Assembly (NCBI GenBank): GCA_965215125.1
Contig: OZ244052.1
Location: 640,001 to 704,000 of the forward strand
Reading direction: 5' to 3'
DNA: 64,000 bases
Origin: an uncultured candidatus Porisulfidus sp.
GTDB taxonomy: Bacteria; Pseudomonadota; Gammaproteobacteria; Poriferisulfidales; Oxydemutatoraceae
Below, one piece after another: positions 42,096 to 50,940 of this stretch (its first letter is position 1; every line of letters begins with the position of its first letter). The translations under genes and the position numbers were made by a program. Under the pieces are notes generated by a model. That model was not told the DNA's origin and did no database searches. It worked only from the letters and a program-made list of their open reading frames with translations.

Positions 42096-43025
42096 ATGAT
42101 TAAATGCCTGCTTTTAATTTTTGCATTGCTTGTAAATATGAGCGTGTTGGCACAAGAGCAAAACAGTGCCCTGCTCAATAGGTTACTGGATAAAGTGCAG
42201 CTGCTGCAAAACGAAGTAACCGAATTGCGCAACCAAAATGAACTTACGCAATTTGAACTAAAAACTTTACAAAAAAATCTAGACAAGCAGTTGAGTGAAC
42301 TAGAAACTAAAATCCATGAAACGCATACAAGAACGACGGTGTCACCGAAATCTACCGAAGCCATCCCCACCGAGACCCAACTAGAACAACTAAAAAATAA
42401 TTCCCAAAATTTAGAACAAAAGATCACTAAAACAAATAATCGCCTAGATGAACTTGTGCGTACGGTAAAAGAACTACAACTGCAAACACCCGAAGTACCT
42501 GTTATGGAACCCGAAGCACCTATCATAGAACCTGAAGCACCTATCATAGAACCGGAAGCACCCATCGTAGAACCTGAAGTGTCTCCCATAGAACCCGAAG
42601 AGAAGCCCTCTCCTATAGAACCTGCCGGATTACCCGACGAAGATGAATACGCCGCTTATAGCAAAGCGATGGGAGCTTTAGACCGCGCCGACTATACTCG
42701 TTTACGCGACAACCTAACTCGTTTTCTACAAGATTATCCCGAAGGGGATTATGCCGACGATGCAAGCTATTGGGTTGCCGAGTCGTATTATGCAGAAGGT
42801 GATTTAGAACAAGCAACATCGTATTTTACACAGCTAATTGAAAATTACGGCGACAGTGAAAAACGCGAACCGGCATTGCTCAAGATCGCCTATATACGGC
42901 TCAACAAAAAGCAGTGGGAAGACGCGCGTAAGATCTTGGAACGTTTGAAAAATGAAGCCGAAGACGAACAGGTGCGCAAACTAGCAATAGAACAACTGGA
43001 ACAGCTGGGAAACAAAGGACGCTAA
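42096..43025 (+). CDS. cpoB: Tol-associated TPR protein CpoB/YbgF with extended coiled coil and Pro/Glu linker
   Basis: Signal peptide, N-terminal coiled coil (LQNEVTELRNQNE), C-terminal TPRs (FLQDYPEGDYADDASYWVAESYY); between tolB and queE. Confidence 0.85.
   Translation: MIKCLLLIFALLVNMSVLAQEQNSALLNRLLDKVQLLQNEVTELRNQNELTQFELKTLQKNLDKQLSELETKIHETHTRTTVSPKSTEAIPTETQLEQLKNNSQNLEQKITKTNNRLDELVRTVKELQLQTPEVPVMEPEAPIIEPEAPIIEPEAPIVEPEVSPIEPEEKPSPIEPAGLPDEDEYAAYSKAMGALDRADYTRLRDNLTRFLQDYPEGDYADDASYWVAESYYAEGDLEQATSYFTQLIENYGDSEKREPALLKIAYIRLNKKQWEDARKILERLKNEAEDEQVRKLAIEQLEQLGNKGR
42490..42623 (+). repeat. Imperfect 21-bp tandem repeat inside cpoB (PEAPIIE-like, 5-6 units)
   Basis: CCCGAAGCACCTATCATAGAA / CCTGAAGCACCTATCATAGAA / CCGGAAGCACCCATCGTAGAA and variants. 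Confidence 0.85.
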
Positions 43026-43028
43026 GCC

Positions 43029-43679
43029 ATGGCACCGGCCGAAGCACTGAAGGTCAGTGAGATCTTTTATTCTTTGCAAGGCGAATCGCTAACAACCGGC
43101 ATACCGACGCTTTTTATTAGGCTTACCGGCTGTCCCCTTCGTTGTAGCTATTGTGACACCGAATACGCATTTAGCGGCGGGGAATGGATGACCATTGACA
43201 ATATCCTTAAACATGCCGAAGAGAGTAAAACCGACTATGTCACGGTAACCGGCGGCGAACCTTTGGCACAAAATCGCTGCTTGGATTTATTACGCAAGCT
43301 GTGCGATGCAAGATATCGTGTCTCTTTAGAAACCGGCGGTGCACACGACATCGCAAAAGTGGATCCTCGGGTAACGGTTGTCATGGACATTAAAACACCA
43401 TGTTCCGGAGAGGTTAACCGTAACCACTACGCCAACATCGCCCGATTACGCTCCGACGATCAAGTTAAGTTTGTGATTTGCAATCGAGAAGATTACGATT
43501 GGGCCAAGACATGCCTACAAAAACACGCATTGAAACGACGGTGTAATATATTATTTTCGCCGGCGTGGCAACGCCAAGACGCAAGCGAGCTAGCCGAATG
43601 GATACTCGCCGATAGACTCTCGGTGCGCATGCAAGTGCAATTACACAAAATATTGTGGGGAGAGGCACGCGGACGGTGA
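43029..43679 (+). CDS. queE: 7-carboxy-7-deazaguanine synthase (radical SAM)
   Basis: [34 protein letters not shown]. Confidence 0.96.
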   Translation: MAPAEALKVSEIFYSLQGESLTTGIPTLFIRLTGCPLRCSYCDTEYAFSGGEWMTIDNILKHAEESKTDYVTVTGGEPLAQNRCLDLLRKLCDARYRVSLETGGAHDIAKVDPRVTVVMDIKTPCSGEVNRNHYANIARLRSDDQVKFVICNREDYDWAKTCLQKHALKRRCNILFSPAWQRQDASELAEWILADRLSVRMQVQLHKILWGEARGR

Positions 43680-43687
43680 ATACCAAT

Positions 43688-44377
43688 ATGCCGTTAAGTG
43701 CCGTGGTGCTTCTATCGGGTGGACTAGACTCGGCAACGGTATTAGCACTCGCTAAGTCGCAAGGTTATCTTTGTCATGCACTGAGTTTTGACTACGGGCA
43801 ACGCCACGCAGCCGAAATTGACGCTGCCCGACGGATTGCCGATCACCTTAAAGTAGAAAAACACCTGATATTTGCTCTCTCGCTCGATTCGATAGGAGGC
43901 TCCGCTTTAACCGACTCAGAAATTGAAGTGCCAGCCACGCCACGGTCTTCCATCCACACGGAGGATATTATCCCTATAACTTATGTGCCGGCGAGAAATC
44001 TAATTTTTTTATCAATCGCATTAGCATGGGCGGAAACTCTGGATATCGATACCATCTTTATAGGCGTGAACGCAATAGACTATTCGGGTTATCCGGATTG
44101 TCGTCCGAATTTTATAAAGTGCTTTGAAAACATCGCAAAACTAGCTACCCGAAGCGGTGTACAACAAAATGAATTTCGCATTAACGCGCCTTTGATATCA
44201 ATGCGTAAATCGGAGATTATAAAATGCGGCGCGCAACTGGGATTGGACTATTCGCTCACCGTCTCGTGTTATCAAGCGAATGACGAGGGTCAGGCCTGCG
44301 GAATATGCGATGCCTGCCGATTCAGACAACAAGGTTTTAAGGAAGCGGGTATCGCCGACCCTACTTGCTATTACTAA
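43688..44377 (+). CDS. queC: 7-cyano-7-deazaguanine synthase
   Basis: [29 protein letters not shown]...CGICDAC. Confidence 0.97.
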   Translation: MPLSAVVLLSGGLDSATVLALAKSQGYLCHALSFDYGQRHAAEIDAARRIADHLKVEKHLIFALSLDSIGGSALTDSEIEVPATPRSSIHTEDIIPITYVPARNLIFLSIALAWAETLDIDTIFIGVNAIDYSGYPDCRPNFIKCFENIAKLATRSGVQQNEFRINAPLISMRKSEIIKCGAQLGLDYSLTVSCYQANDEGQACGICDACRFRQQGFKEAGIADPTCYY

Positions 44378-44398
44378 AATAACCGATATATGTATAAC

Positions 44399-45205
44399 AT
44401 GATTATTTCCCACAAATATAAAATGATCTTTATAAAAATAATGAAAAATGCCGGCTCATCGTTTGAAATGGCGTTTGCAAAGTATTGTGGTCCGAACGAC
44501 ATCATCACACCGATAGCAATTGATAAAACAATTGATGAAAGAAAAAGGGTTGGATACAACAAAGGACAAAATTACACGGTACCTTATGAGTATAAACTTA
44601 AGCATCGTAGAACTATATTGATGAATCCTCCTAGGTTTGTTCAACATAGTGGTGCTAAAAGGATACAACAACTAATTCCCGAGCAAGTTTGGAACAGCTA
44701 CTTAAAAGTAGCTATCATCCGCTCCCCATACGACATGTTAATTTCTTATTACTATTGGCTAAAACGCCTCCCTCAGAATGAAATCAAGGACTTTGAGAAC
44801 TATGCATTAGAACGAGGGATTAAATGGCTTATTGGGAATTACAAAAAACTCCAGATTGACGGAAAATTAATAATTAATTTTATGATCAGATATGAAAATC
44901 TAAACGAAGATATTAAAAAACTTGAAATGAAAATAGGTTGTGACGGTGTGCTAGAATCCTTAACAAACCTCCATGCAAAAGGTGACTTCCGTCCTAAAAC
45001 AGAAAACACCTCTGTTCATAAAATATATTTTGAACACCCCAAGGTGAAGATAAAAACCGATAAGGCACTTCATGAAAACTTCGGCCGAGACGAGTTACAA
45101 AAATATTTTTCAGCCTACAAATCCGGATTAGAAAAAGCCATAGACGAATATAGAGATGCTGGTATAATTAGCCGCTTAAATAAATATATCAATAGATGGA
45201 CTTAG
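44399..45205 (+). CDS. Sulfotransferase family 2-like protein (paralogue 2)
   Basis: MIISHKYKMIFIK..KNAGSSFE..FAKYCGPNDIITP, RSPYDMLISYYYW, FMIRYENLNED. Confidence 0.7.
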   Translation: MIISHKYKMIFIKIMKNAGSSFEMAFAKYCGPNDIITPIAIDKTIDERKRVGYNKGQNYTVPYEYKLKHRRTILMNPPRFVQHSGAKRIQQLIPEQVWNSYLKVAIIRSPYDMLISYYYWLKRLPQNEIKDFENYALERGIKWLIGNYKKLQIDGKLIINFMIRYENLNEDIKKLEMKIGCDGVLESLTNLHAKGDFRPKTENTSVHKIYFEHPKVKIKTDKALHENFGRDELQKYFSAYKSGLEKAIDEYRDAGIISRLNKYINRWT

Positions 45206-46416
45206 TACAACAAACCCTATTGTGGGCATTCCTAATCGCATTACTCGTAGGTGCGGTTGCAAACAAAACCAATTTCTGTACGATGGGAGCGGTTTCCGAC
45301 TGCATCAACACCGGCGACACCGGGCGAATGCGGGCGTGGGTGTTTGCTATCGGCACGGCAATCGCTATCGTTGCATTGCTGGAAATATGGGCGCAAGTGG
45401 ATTTATCGTTGGTAGAAGACGGTAAAACCGGCAAACCACCCTACACAACTCCGCAATTCGTATGGTTACGCTACATACTCGGTGGATTGCTATTCGGTAT
45501 CGGCATGACCTTAGGTTCGGGGTGCGGCAACAAAACTTTAGTACGCATAGGTGGCGGCAACCTGAAATCTATATTCGTCTTTTTGATTATGGGCGTAGGT
45601 GCCTATTTGATGATTTATACCGATTTCGGTTTTTATGTATTTTTGAAATGGATGCCGGCGATAAATTTGAACGATTACGGTATACCGAGTCAAAGTATTA
45701 GTGCAATACTGCTATACGGACTGCCTCTGGGCATGGAGAATACCGTAAACGGCAAACTTATCATTGCCCTGATTATTGCTATCGCGCTCTTTATATGGTG
45801 TTTTAAGTCCACCGATTTCTCTAAAAACACGGATAACATCATCGGCGGTACGATTATCGGTGGGGCGGTTGCACTCGCATGGTATGTCACGGCAGGACCG
45901 CACGGGCAAGAACTATTGGAAGAAGTAGAATTTCTGGATCAAATACCATACGATGTGGGTGCACAGTCGCTTACCTTCGTAAAGCCGAGCGGACACTTCT
46001 ATTATTGGATACGAGAAGGTTTTTCATCTCAGTATCTCTCTTTTGCGCTGATAGCAGCGTCGGGAATTATCGTAGGTTCGTTTTTATATGCGATATTTAC
46101 CAAGAGCTTTCGTATTGAATGGTTTGCCAACTTCAAAGATTTTGTAAACCATTTTGTAGGCGGCTTGCTGATGGGCATCGGTGGTGTACTAGCCTTAGGC
46201 TGTACTTTCGGACAGGCGATTAGCGGTGCATCTACACTTGCGTTGGGTGCTTTACTCACTTTCATCTTTATTGTTCTAGGCGCGACAGCGACAATGAAAG
46301 TCAGCTACTATAAACTCTTATACGGAGACGATGCGAGCTTCCCCAAAGCTCTGCTGGCAACCTTAGCAGACCTCAAACTAATTCCCGGCAAGTGGCGTCA
46401 ATTAGAATCAATTTGA
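45196..46416 (+). CDS. YeeE/YedE family (thiosulfate/sulfur) transporter
   Basis: NFCTMGAVSD, GGLLFGIGMTLGSGC and GGLLMGIGGVLALGCTFGQ: the conserved Cys motifs of the family; about 9 TM helices. Confidence 0.9.
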   Translation: MDLVQQTLLWAFLIALLVGAVANKTNFCTMGAVSDCINTGDTGRMRAWVFAIGTAIAIVALLEIWAQVDLSLVEDGKTGKPPYTTPQFVWLRYILGGLLFGIGMTLGSGCGNKTLVRIGGGNLKSIFVFLIMGVGAYLMIYTDFGFYVFLKWMPAINLNDYGIPSQSISAILLYGLPLGMENTVNGKLIIALIIAIALFIWCFKSTDFSKNTDNIIGGTIIGGAVALAWYVTAGPHGQELLEEVEFLDQIPYDVGAQSLTFVKPSGHFYYWIREGFSSQYLSFALIAASGIIVGSFLYAIFTKSFRIEWFANFKDFVNHFVGGLLMGIGGVLALGCTFGQAISGASTLALGALLTFIFIVLGATATMKVSYYKLLYGDDASFPKALLATLADLKLIPGKWRQLESI

Positions 46417-46435
46417 GATCTAATAGGGTAATCCG

Positions 46436-47233
46436 TTGATTATCTCTCATAAATTAAAAGTTATATTTATAAAAACCTATAAAACCGCAGGTTCATCTTT
46501 TGAACTTGCACTGTCAAAATATTGCGGGCTGGACGATACTTATACTCCGGTAAACTCAGAACTACACATCAGACGATCTTGGAATATCCCCGAATATCAA
46601 AATACTACAATAAGAGGGGAAGAGTGTAGGAATCATGCTCCGGCATTTAAAGTAAAAGCAGATGTACCCAAAGATATATGGCATAACTACTTAAAAGTAT
46701 CTATTATCCGTTGTCCTTACGATACAGTGATTTCTGAATACTATTGGTCTCAAAGAAAAAAGCAAAGACCTAACGTTAACATGACCCAATGGTTTTTTAA
46801 AAAACTAAACAAATCGTTTCCACTTTATGACAAGCTGTGTATTAACAACCGGCCGGTGATTGATTTTTTAATCAGATACGAACATTTAAACGAGGATATT
46901 AAAAAACTAGAAATAAAAATAGGTTGTCCCGGTTTATTAGAAACTTTTCAAAATATCCGAACTAAATCTAATATCCGTCCGCCGGGAAAAGATATTTATA
47001 CAGTCTATTCTCAAAATCCTATAGCAAGGGCAATAATGGATAAGTGGTATGAAAAAACTAAGCAAAATGAGTTAATAGAAAGGTATTATCCGATATACAG
47101 AGAAAGGCTAAATCAAAAAATTGGTCTCCTCAGTCCAAGATATCTCTCGTTCGTAGCCGATTTGATACACGAATACTCCTCATTTAAGGAGTTTATGAAG
47201 AAACCCCCAATTGAGCTTATAGGGACAGAATAA
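46436..47233 (+). CDS. Sulfotransferase family 2-like protein (paralogue 3; TTG start)
   Basis: IISHKLKVIFIKTYKTAGSSFELALSKYCG, RCPYDTVISEYYW, DFLIRYEHLNED; last residues are encoded by the repeat. Confidence 0.7.
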   Translation: MIISHKLKVIFIKTYKTAGSSFELALSKYCGLDDTYTPVNSELHIRRSWNIPEYQNTTIRGEECRNHAPAFKVKADVPKDIWHNYLKVSIIRCPYDTVISEYYWSQRKKQRPNVNMTQWFFKKLNKSFPLYDKLCINNRPVIDFLIRYEHLNEDIKKLEIKIGCPGLLETFQNIRTKSNIRPPGKDIYTVYSQNPIARAIMDKWYEKTKQNELIERYYPIYRERLNQKIGLLSPRYLSFVADLIHEYSSFKEFMKKPPIELIGTE

Positions 47234-47314
47234 AGCCGGCGATTGGGCCGGTGGGTCAATCGGCAATTCTGATGTCCGCCCGATAGGTCAATCGGCGTGA
47301 CATTGTGTAGAACC
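47200..47314 (+). repeat. Palindromic repeat family 1, composite/nested copy
   Basis: ATTGAGCTTATAGGGACAGAATAAAGCCGGCGATTGGGCCGGTGGGTCAATCGGCAATTCTGATGTCCGCCCGATAGGTCAATCGGCGTGACATTGTGTAGAACC; aligns over about 100 bp with 19622-19726. Confidence 0.92.
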
Positions 47315-47324
47315 ACGATATGAC

Positions 47325-48116
47325 CTACAAATTAGCAAATGCCATTTCAAAGTCTATATGAGTTTGAACTTGCCGAGGTGGCTCCCTAAAATCGGAGGCG
47401 GTGAAAAAATAAACTATCAAACGCGAAGGACTAGCGGATAATCTAGGAAAAATATCTCGATTTACCGAAATCCTTATCATTTGGTAGTTTCTAGGGGGAG
47501 AAAAATCTTCCATATAATAGCCGGTCTCGGATTGATACGATTTGAATTCTTGGCTATCTCGGGTCATTGACAGAATATTTTGTATACCTTTGTAGAGCTC
47601 CTTAAAAGGTGCGTACCATCTATTCAAGTCCGCTTGCCGGTGGTTGCGAGGCAGTGTGGTCCAAGTTGCAAACATAGGTAAATGAAAACTTGCCAACCCA
47701 CCGATGATGTTCACGTGCGATTTGGTTGTGCTCAATAGATAATGATTATGGTACATTGAGATAGGAATAGATAATTTCTCCATTTCTGCCAGTATCTGTT
47801 TTTTTTCCTGCATTTTTTCTTGCAAGAAAATTTGGTCTACCCGAGGTTGCTTCTCTAGTTCTCGCAACTGCTGGTGCTGCCAGTTTAAGTGTTGCATAAT
47901 CTCGCTACGCATATCGTTGTTTGTATTAATTTCAATCAAACTATGCAATAAACGCAAGATATCTATTACCGCATAATCCTGCTTAGCCGAGAACCTCGCT
48001 TCAATTTCGTCGATTAGATATTCATAGCGTAGAAAATGTCTCATTCTACTGTTGAGTGGAATCTCATAAATCGTAGTCGTTCTATGCTCTTGTTCCGAGG
48101 TTTCTATTTTGTCCAT
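47325..48116 (-). CDS. zapD: Cell division protein ZapD (divergent)
   Basis: IYEIPLNSRMRHFLRYEYL, DMRSEI, GGLASFHLP, FPRLSA; downstream of coaE. Confidence 0.82.
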   Translation of the reverse strand: MDKIETSEQEHRTTTIYEIPLNSRMRHFLRYEYLIDEIEARFSAKQDYAVIDILRLLHSLIEINTNNDMRSEIMQHLNWQHQQLRELEKQPRVDQIFLQEKMQEKKQILAEMEKLSIPISMYHNHYLLSTTKSHVNIIGGLASFHLPMFATWTTLPRNHRQADLNRWYAPFKELYKGIQNILSMTRDSQEFKSYQSETGYYMEDFSPPRNYQMIRISVNRDIFPRLSASPSRLIVYFFTASDFREPPRQVQTHIDFEMAFANL

Positions 48117-48685
48117 TCTTTATGTAATTTATGCACTTGTTGTTTTAGATGATTTATATCTAAGCTATTATCAATCACCTTGTCTGAAACTTCTAGTCTT
48201 TGTTTGCGAGTAGCTTGAACACTAACGATGCGGGTTGCTTCTTCTACACTTAAATCATCGCGGACAACGATTCTTTCAATTTGAGTTTGCTGCGGGCAAT
48301 CAACCACAACGATACAATCGACTAAATCTGTCATTTGAACCTCTAGCAACAAGGGTATGACAACCACGCAATAAGGTGCTTCTATATCATCAATACGTCG
48401 CTTCAATTCCATACGGATGGGCGGATGCATAATATCATTGAGCTGCATTCTAGCCTTTTTATCCGAAAATATAATTCGCCGTAACATTGCTCTATCCAAC
48501 CGATTATTTTTGACGATCTCGGTCCCGAAGACAGCTACTATTTGTTGCAACTGAGGACTACCGGGAAGCACAAGTTCCCTAGCGATAGTATCGGCATCTA
48601 TGATCGGTGTACCGAAATTCGCAAATAGTTGAGCTACGGTACTCTTGCCGCTACCTGCTCCGCCGTATAATGCTACCTTCAACAT
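48104..48685 (-). CDS. coaE: Dephospho-CoA kinase
   Basis: GGAGSGKST, IIDADTIARE, LDRAMLR, HPPIR, IPLLLE. Confidence 0.95.
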   Translation of the reverse strand: MLKVALYGGAGSGKSTVAQLFANFGTPIIDADTIARELVLPGSPQLQQIVAVFGTEIVKNNRLDRAMLRRIIFSDKKARMQLNDIMHPPIRMELKRRIDDIEAPYCVVVIPLLLEVQMTDLVDCIVVVDCPQQTQIERIVVRDDLSVEEATRIVSVQATRKQRLEVSDKVIDNSLDINHLKQQVHKLHKEWTK

Positions 48686-48695
48686 TTGTAACTCA

Positions 48696-49562
48696 CTACA
48701 TCGGATGAATTATCTCAAAAGGCATTTTGAGTTTCGAATAAAATAAAAAAGATAATATACCCGAGAAAGCCAAATGAGGCCCGAACGGAATTGCATCCGA
48801 GAGCGCATAATGTTGTCTCAAACGTATCATGCCATAAAAAATTAAACCGCTCAGCGATGCAATCAAAACCAAAGCAGGGAGTACTTCCCAACCTAGCCAA
48901 GCCCCTATGGCAGCCAATAATTTCATATCGCCCTGCCCCAATCCGTGACGACCACGAAGCAGCTTAAATGCCTGATTTAACAGAAAAAAAGACGAATATC
49001 CCAACACCGCACCTAAGATTGCCTGTTCTGCCGCTACGATGATATCAAAGCAATTTAACAATAGCCCTGCCCATATCAAAGGGATAGTAATCTCATCTAC
49101 CAGATAACCCTCTTTTTGATCGATGCAAGCCAATGCGATCAAACTCGAAGCGAACAACACACCGAGAATACTCATATACGAAACGCCATAGATCGCAAAA
49201 ATGATTAACCAAATAACCGTCGTCAATAATTCTATAAACGGGTAGCGCATACTAATAGGTTCATGGCAGTATGCACACGATCCTCTTAACAATATAAAAC
49301 TGAGTATCGGAATTTTATGCCGCCACAATATCGATGTTTTGCAACGGGTGCAGTGAGAACTCGGATAGAGTAAAGAAAAGTTACTTGGAGCCTGCTCATG
49401 CTCCGGCTCTGCAAGCAATGCTTGCGCATCATCGTGCCACCGTTGTCTTAAAATTAAAGGCAATCTATAAATAACTACATTCAAAAAGCTACCTACAATC
49501 AAACCTAAAACAGCGACTGAAATCCACCACGCAAGGTCGGGAACAAAGGCTACTTTATACAT
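48696..49562 (-). CDS. pilD: Prepilin peptidase / N-methyltransferase
   Basis: GSFLNVVIYRLP, CTRC...CAYC, ISMRYP, GLGQGDMKL, IPFGP. Confidence 0.94.
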   Translation of the reverse strand: MYKVAFVPDLAWWISVAVLGLIVGSFLNVVIYRLPLILRQRWHDDAQALLAEPEHEQAPSNFSLLYPSSHCTRCKTSILWRHKIPILSFILLRGSCAYCHEPISMRYPFIELLTTVIWLIIFAIYGVSYMSILGVLFASSLIALACIDQKEGYLVDEITIPLIWAGLLLNCFDIIVAAEQAILGAVLGYSSFFLLNQAFKLLRGRHGLGQGDMKLLAAIGAWLGWEVLPALVLIASLSGLIFYGMIRLRQHYALSDAIPFGPHLAFSGILSFLFYSKLKMPFEIIHPM

Positions 49563-49660
49563 TAGCGGGAGACCGAAACTTCATTGGATCATTATACAAT
49601 GAGGCTATTGAAAAATATTATTAAACCACCCGTTGTTGCGGTTGGGTTTGTGCGATTGCG

Positions 49661-49724
49661 GCGTGTTCGCGACCACCCCGTTAGGCTGCGCCTGACACCC
49701 CTCCAGAGGAGGGGAATAACACGC
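49661..49724. repeat. GC-rich double-hairpin element between pilC and pilD
   Basis: Outer stem GCGTGTT/AACACGC encloses GTTAGGC-TGC-GCCTGAC and CCCCTCC-AGA-GGAGGGG. Confidence 0.65.
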
Positions 49725-49745
49725 TTCCAACACATCAATTGATCT

Positions 49746-50936
49746 TTATAATGCGAAACCAAGCGTAAAGATAGGGATGTACATTGCCGCAATAATCCAG
49801 CCGACTATCGCTGCCACCGAGCAAATTAATGCAGGTTCCACCCAGTGCATCATGTTGTGCATTTGAACATCGAAGCGGTCGTTATAATAAGTTGCTATTT
49901 GGGCTAAGGACTGCGCCAGTTGACCGCTATCTATGCCGACCCGTATCATTTGCTTCATAAATTGTTCAAAAAAATCTATTTTGCAAATCGCATCGTATAG
50001 GCTTGCCCCTTGGTCTATATCGTGTTTGAGTTTTTCTAAAGCACTTTTGAATACGGCATCTTGCGTAGCCGACGGCAACCATTCCATCGCTTTATCTATA
50101 GGGACACCGGCTTGATAAGCCAAACCTAAAGTAGTCGCAAAAAAACTTTGAAAATAGCTACGTCTAAGAGAACCACAAAGAGGAAGCCTCAAGAAAACAT
50201 ACGATGTGATATATCTAAACATCACAACCGTACGGTGTAGCAATAAACCGATTATATAAACCGACAACAACACAATCAGCAATGCACCACCGTGTTGTTC
50301 CAACCAAGACGAAAAATCCAAAGTTAACTGCGTATAGTTCGGTAATGCACCGCCAAGTGCCGTATAGCTTTTCTCAAACTGAGGCACCACCGTTTTTAAC
50401 AACAAAACCATCACCGCTATTGCCACACCTAATATCAACGAAGGATACGCTAAGGCACGCTTTAAGCTACGCAATGCAAGAATTTGCTTTTCCTTTTGTG
50501 CTGCAAGTTCATTCAGCAATGCAACCAATTTACCGCTATCTTCTCCGATGCGAATCATATTGACTAGGTATTGCTGTCGACTATCCAAATGAGGTTTTAA
50601 GCCCTCGGATAAACTCAACCCCGACTTGAGGCAATGCAACAAACGAGCGAGTACCGCTTTGAGCTTGAACGGTGCTTGCTCGTAAAGCAACTGTAATGCC
50701 GAGTCCATAGGCAACCCGGCGTTTAATAATGTTGCCAACCGCTTCATCAAAAAGCCTAATAACTTTGTATCCAAACGTTGCACCGAGCGAACATCTTGCG
50801 CCTTGACCAAAATAATCCCTTGATGCTCCAAGTGTTGCAAAAGCACACTCTCGTCTTCTGCCACATACAGACCGTCGATAGTGCTGCCGTCGGAAGCAAT
50901 ACCTCGCCACTTAAATAACCGGGCCGGTGTTTGCAT
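49746..50936 (-). CDS. pilC: Type IV pilus platform protein PilC (T2SS F family)
   Basis: FKWRG, LATLLNAGLP, IGEDSGKL, ALAYP, VVPQF, EPALI, AMYIPIF. Confidence 0.9.
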   Translation of the reverse strand: MQTPARLFKWRGIASDGSTIDGLYVAEDESVLLQHLEHQGIILVKAQDVRSVQRLDTKLLGFLMKRLATLLNAGLPMDSALQLLYEQAPFKLKAVLARLLHCLKSGLSLSEGLKPHLDSRQQYLVNMIRIGEDSGKLVALLNELAAQKEKQILALRSLKRALAYPSLILGVAIAVMVLLLKTVVPQFEKSYTALGGALPNYTQLTLDFSSWLEQHGGALLIVLLSVYIIGLLLHRTVVMFRYITSYVFLRLPLCGSLRRSYFQSFFATTLGLAYQAGVPIDKAMEWLPSATQDAVFKSALEKLKHDIDQGASLYDAICKIDFFEQFMKQMIRVGIDSGQLAQSLAQIATYYNDRFDVQMHNMMHWVEPALICSVAAIVGWIIAAMYIPIFTLGFAL

Positions 50937-50940
50937 TAGT

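Noticed and set aside
43029-44377. queE/queC (with queF) as a Dpd, QatABCD or type IV CBASS defence system
   Set aside because: They are canonical queuosine genes in their usual position after cpoB; no dpdA/tgtA5, qat or cyclase genes are nearby.
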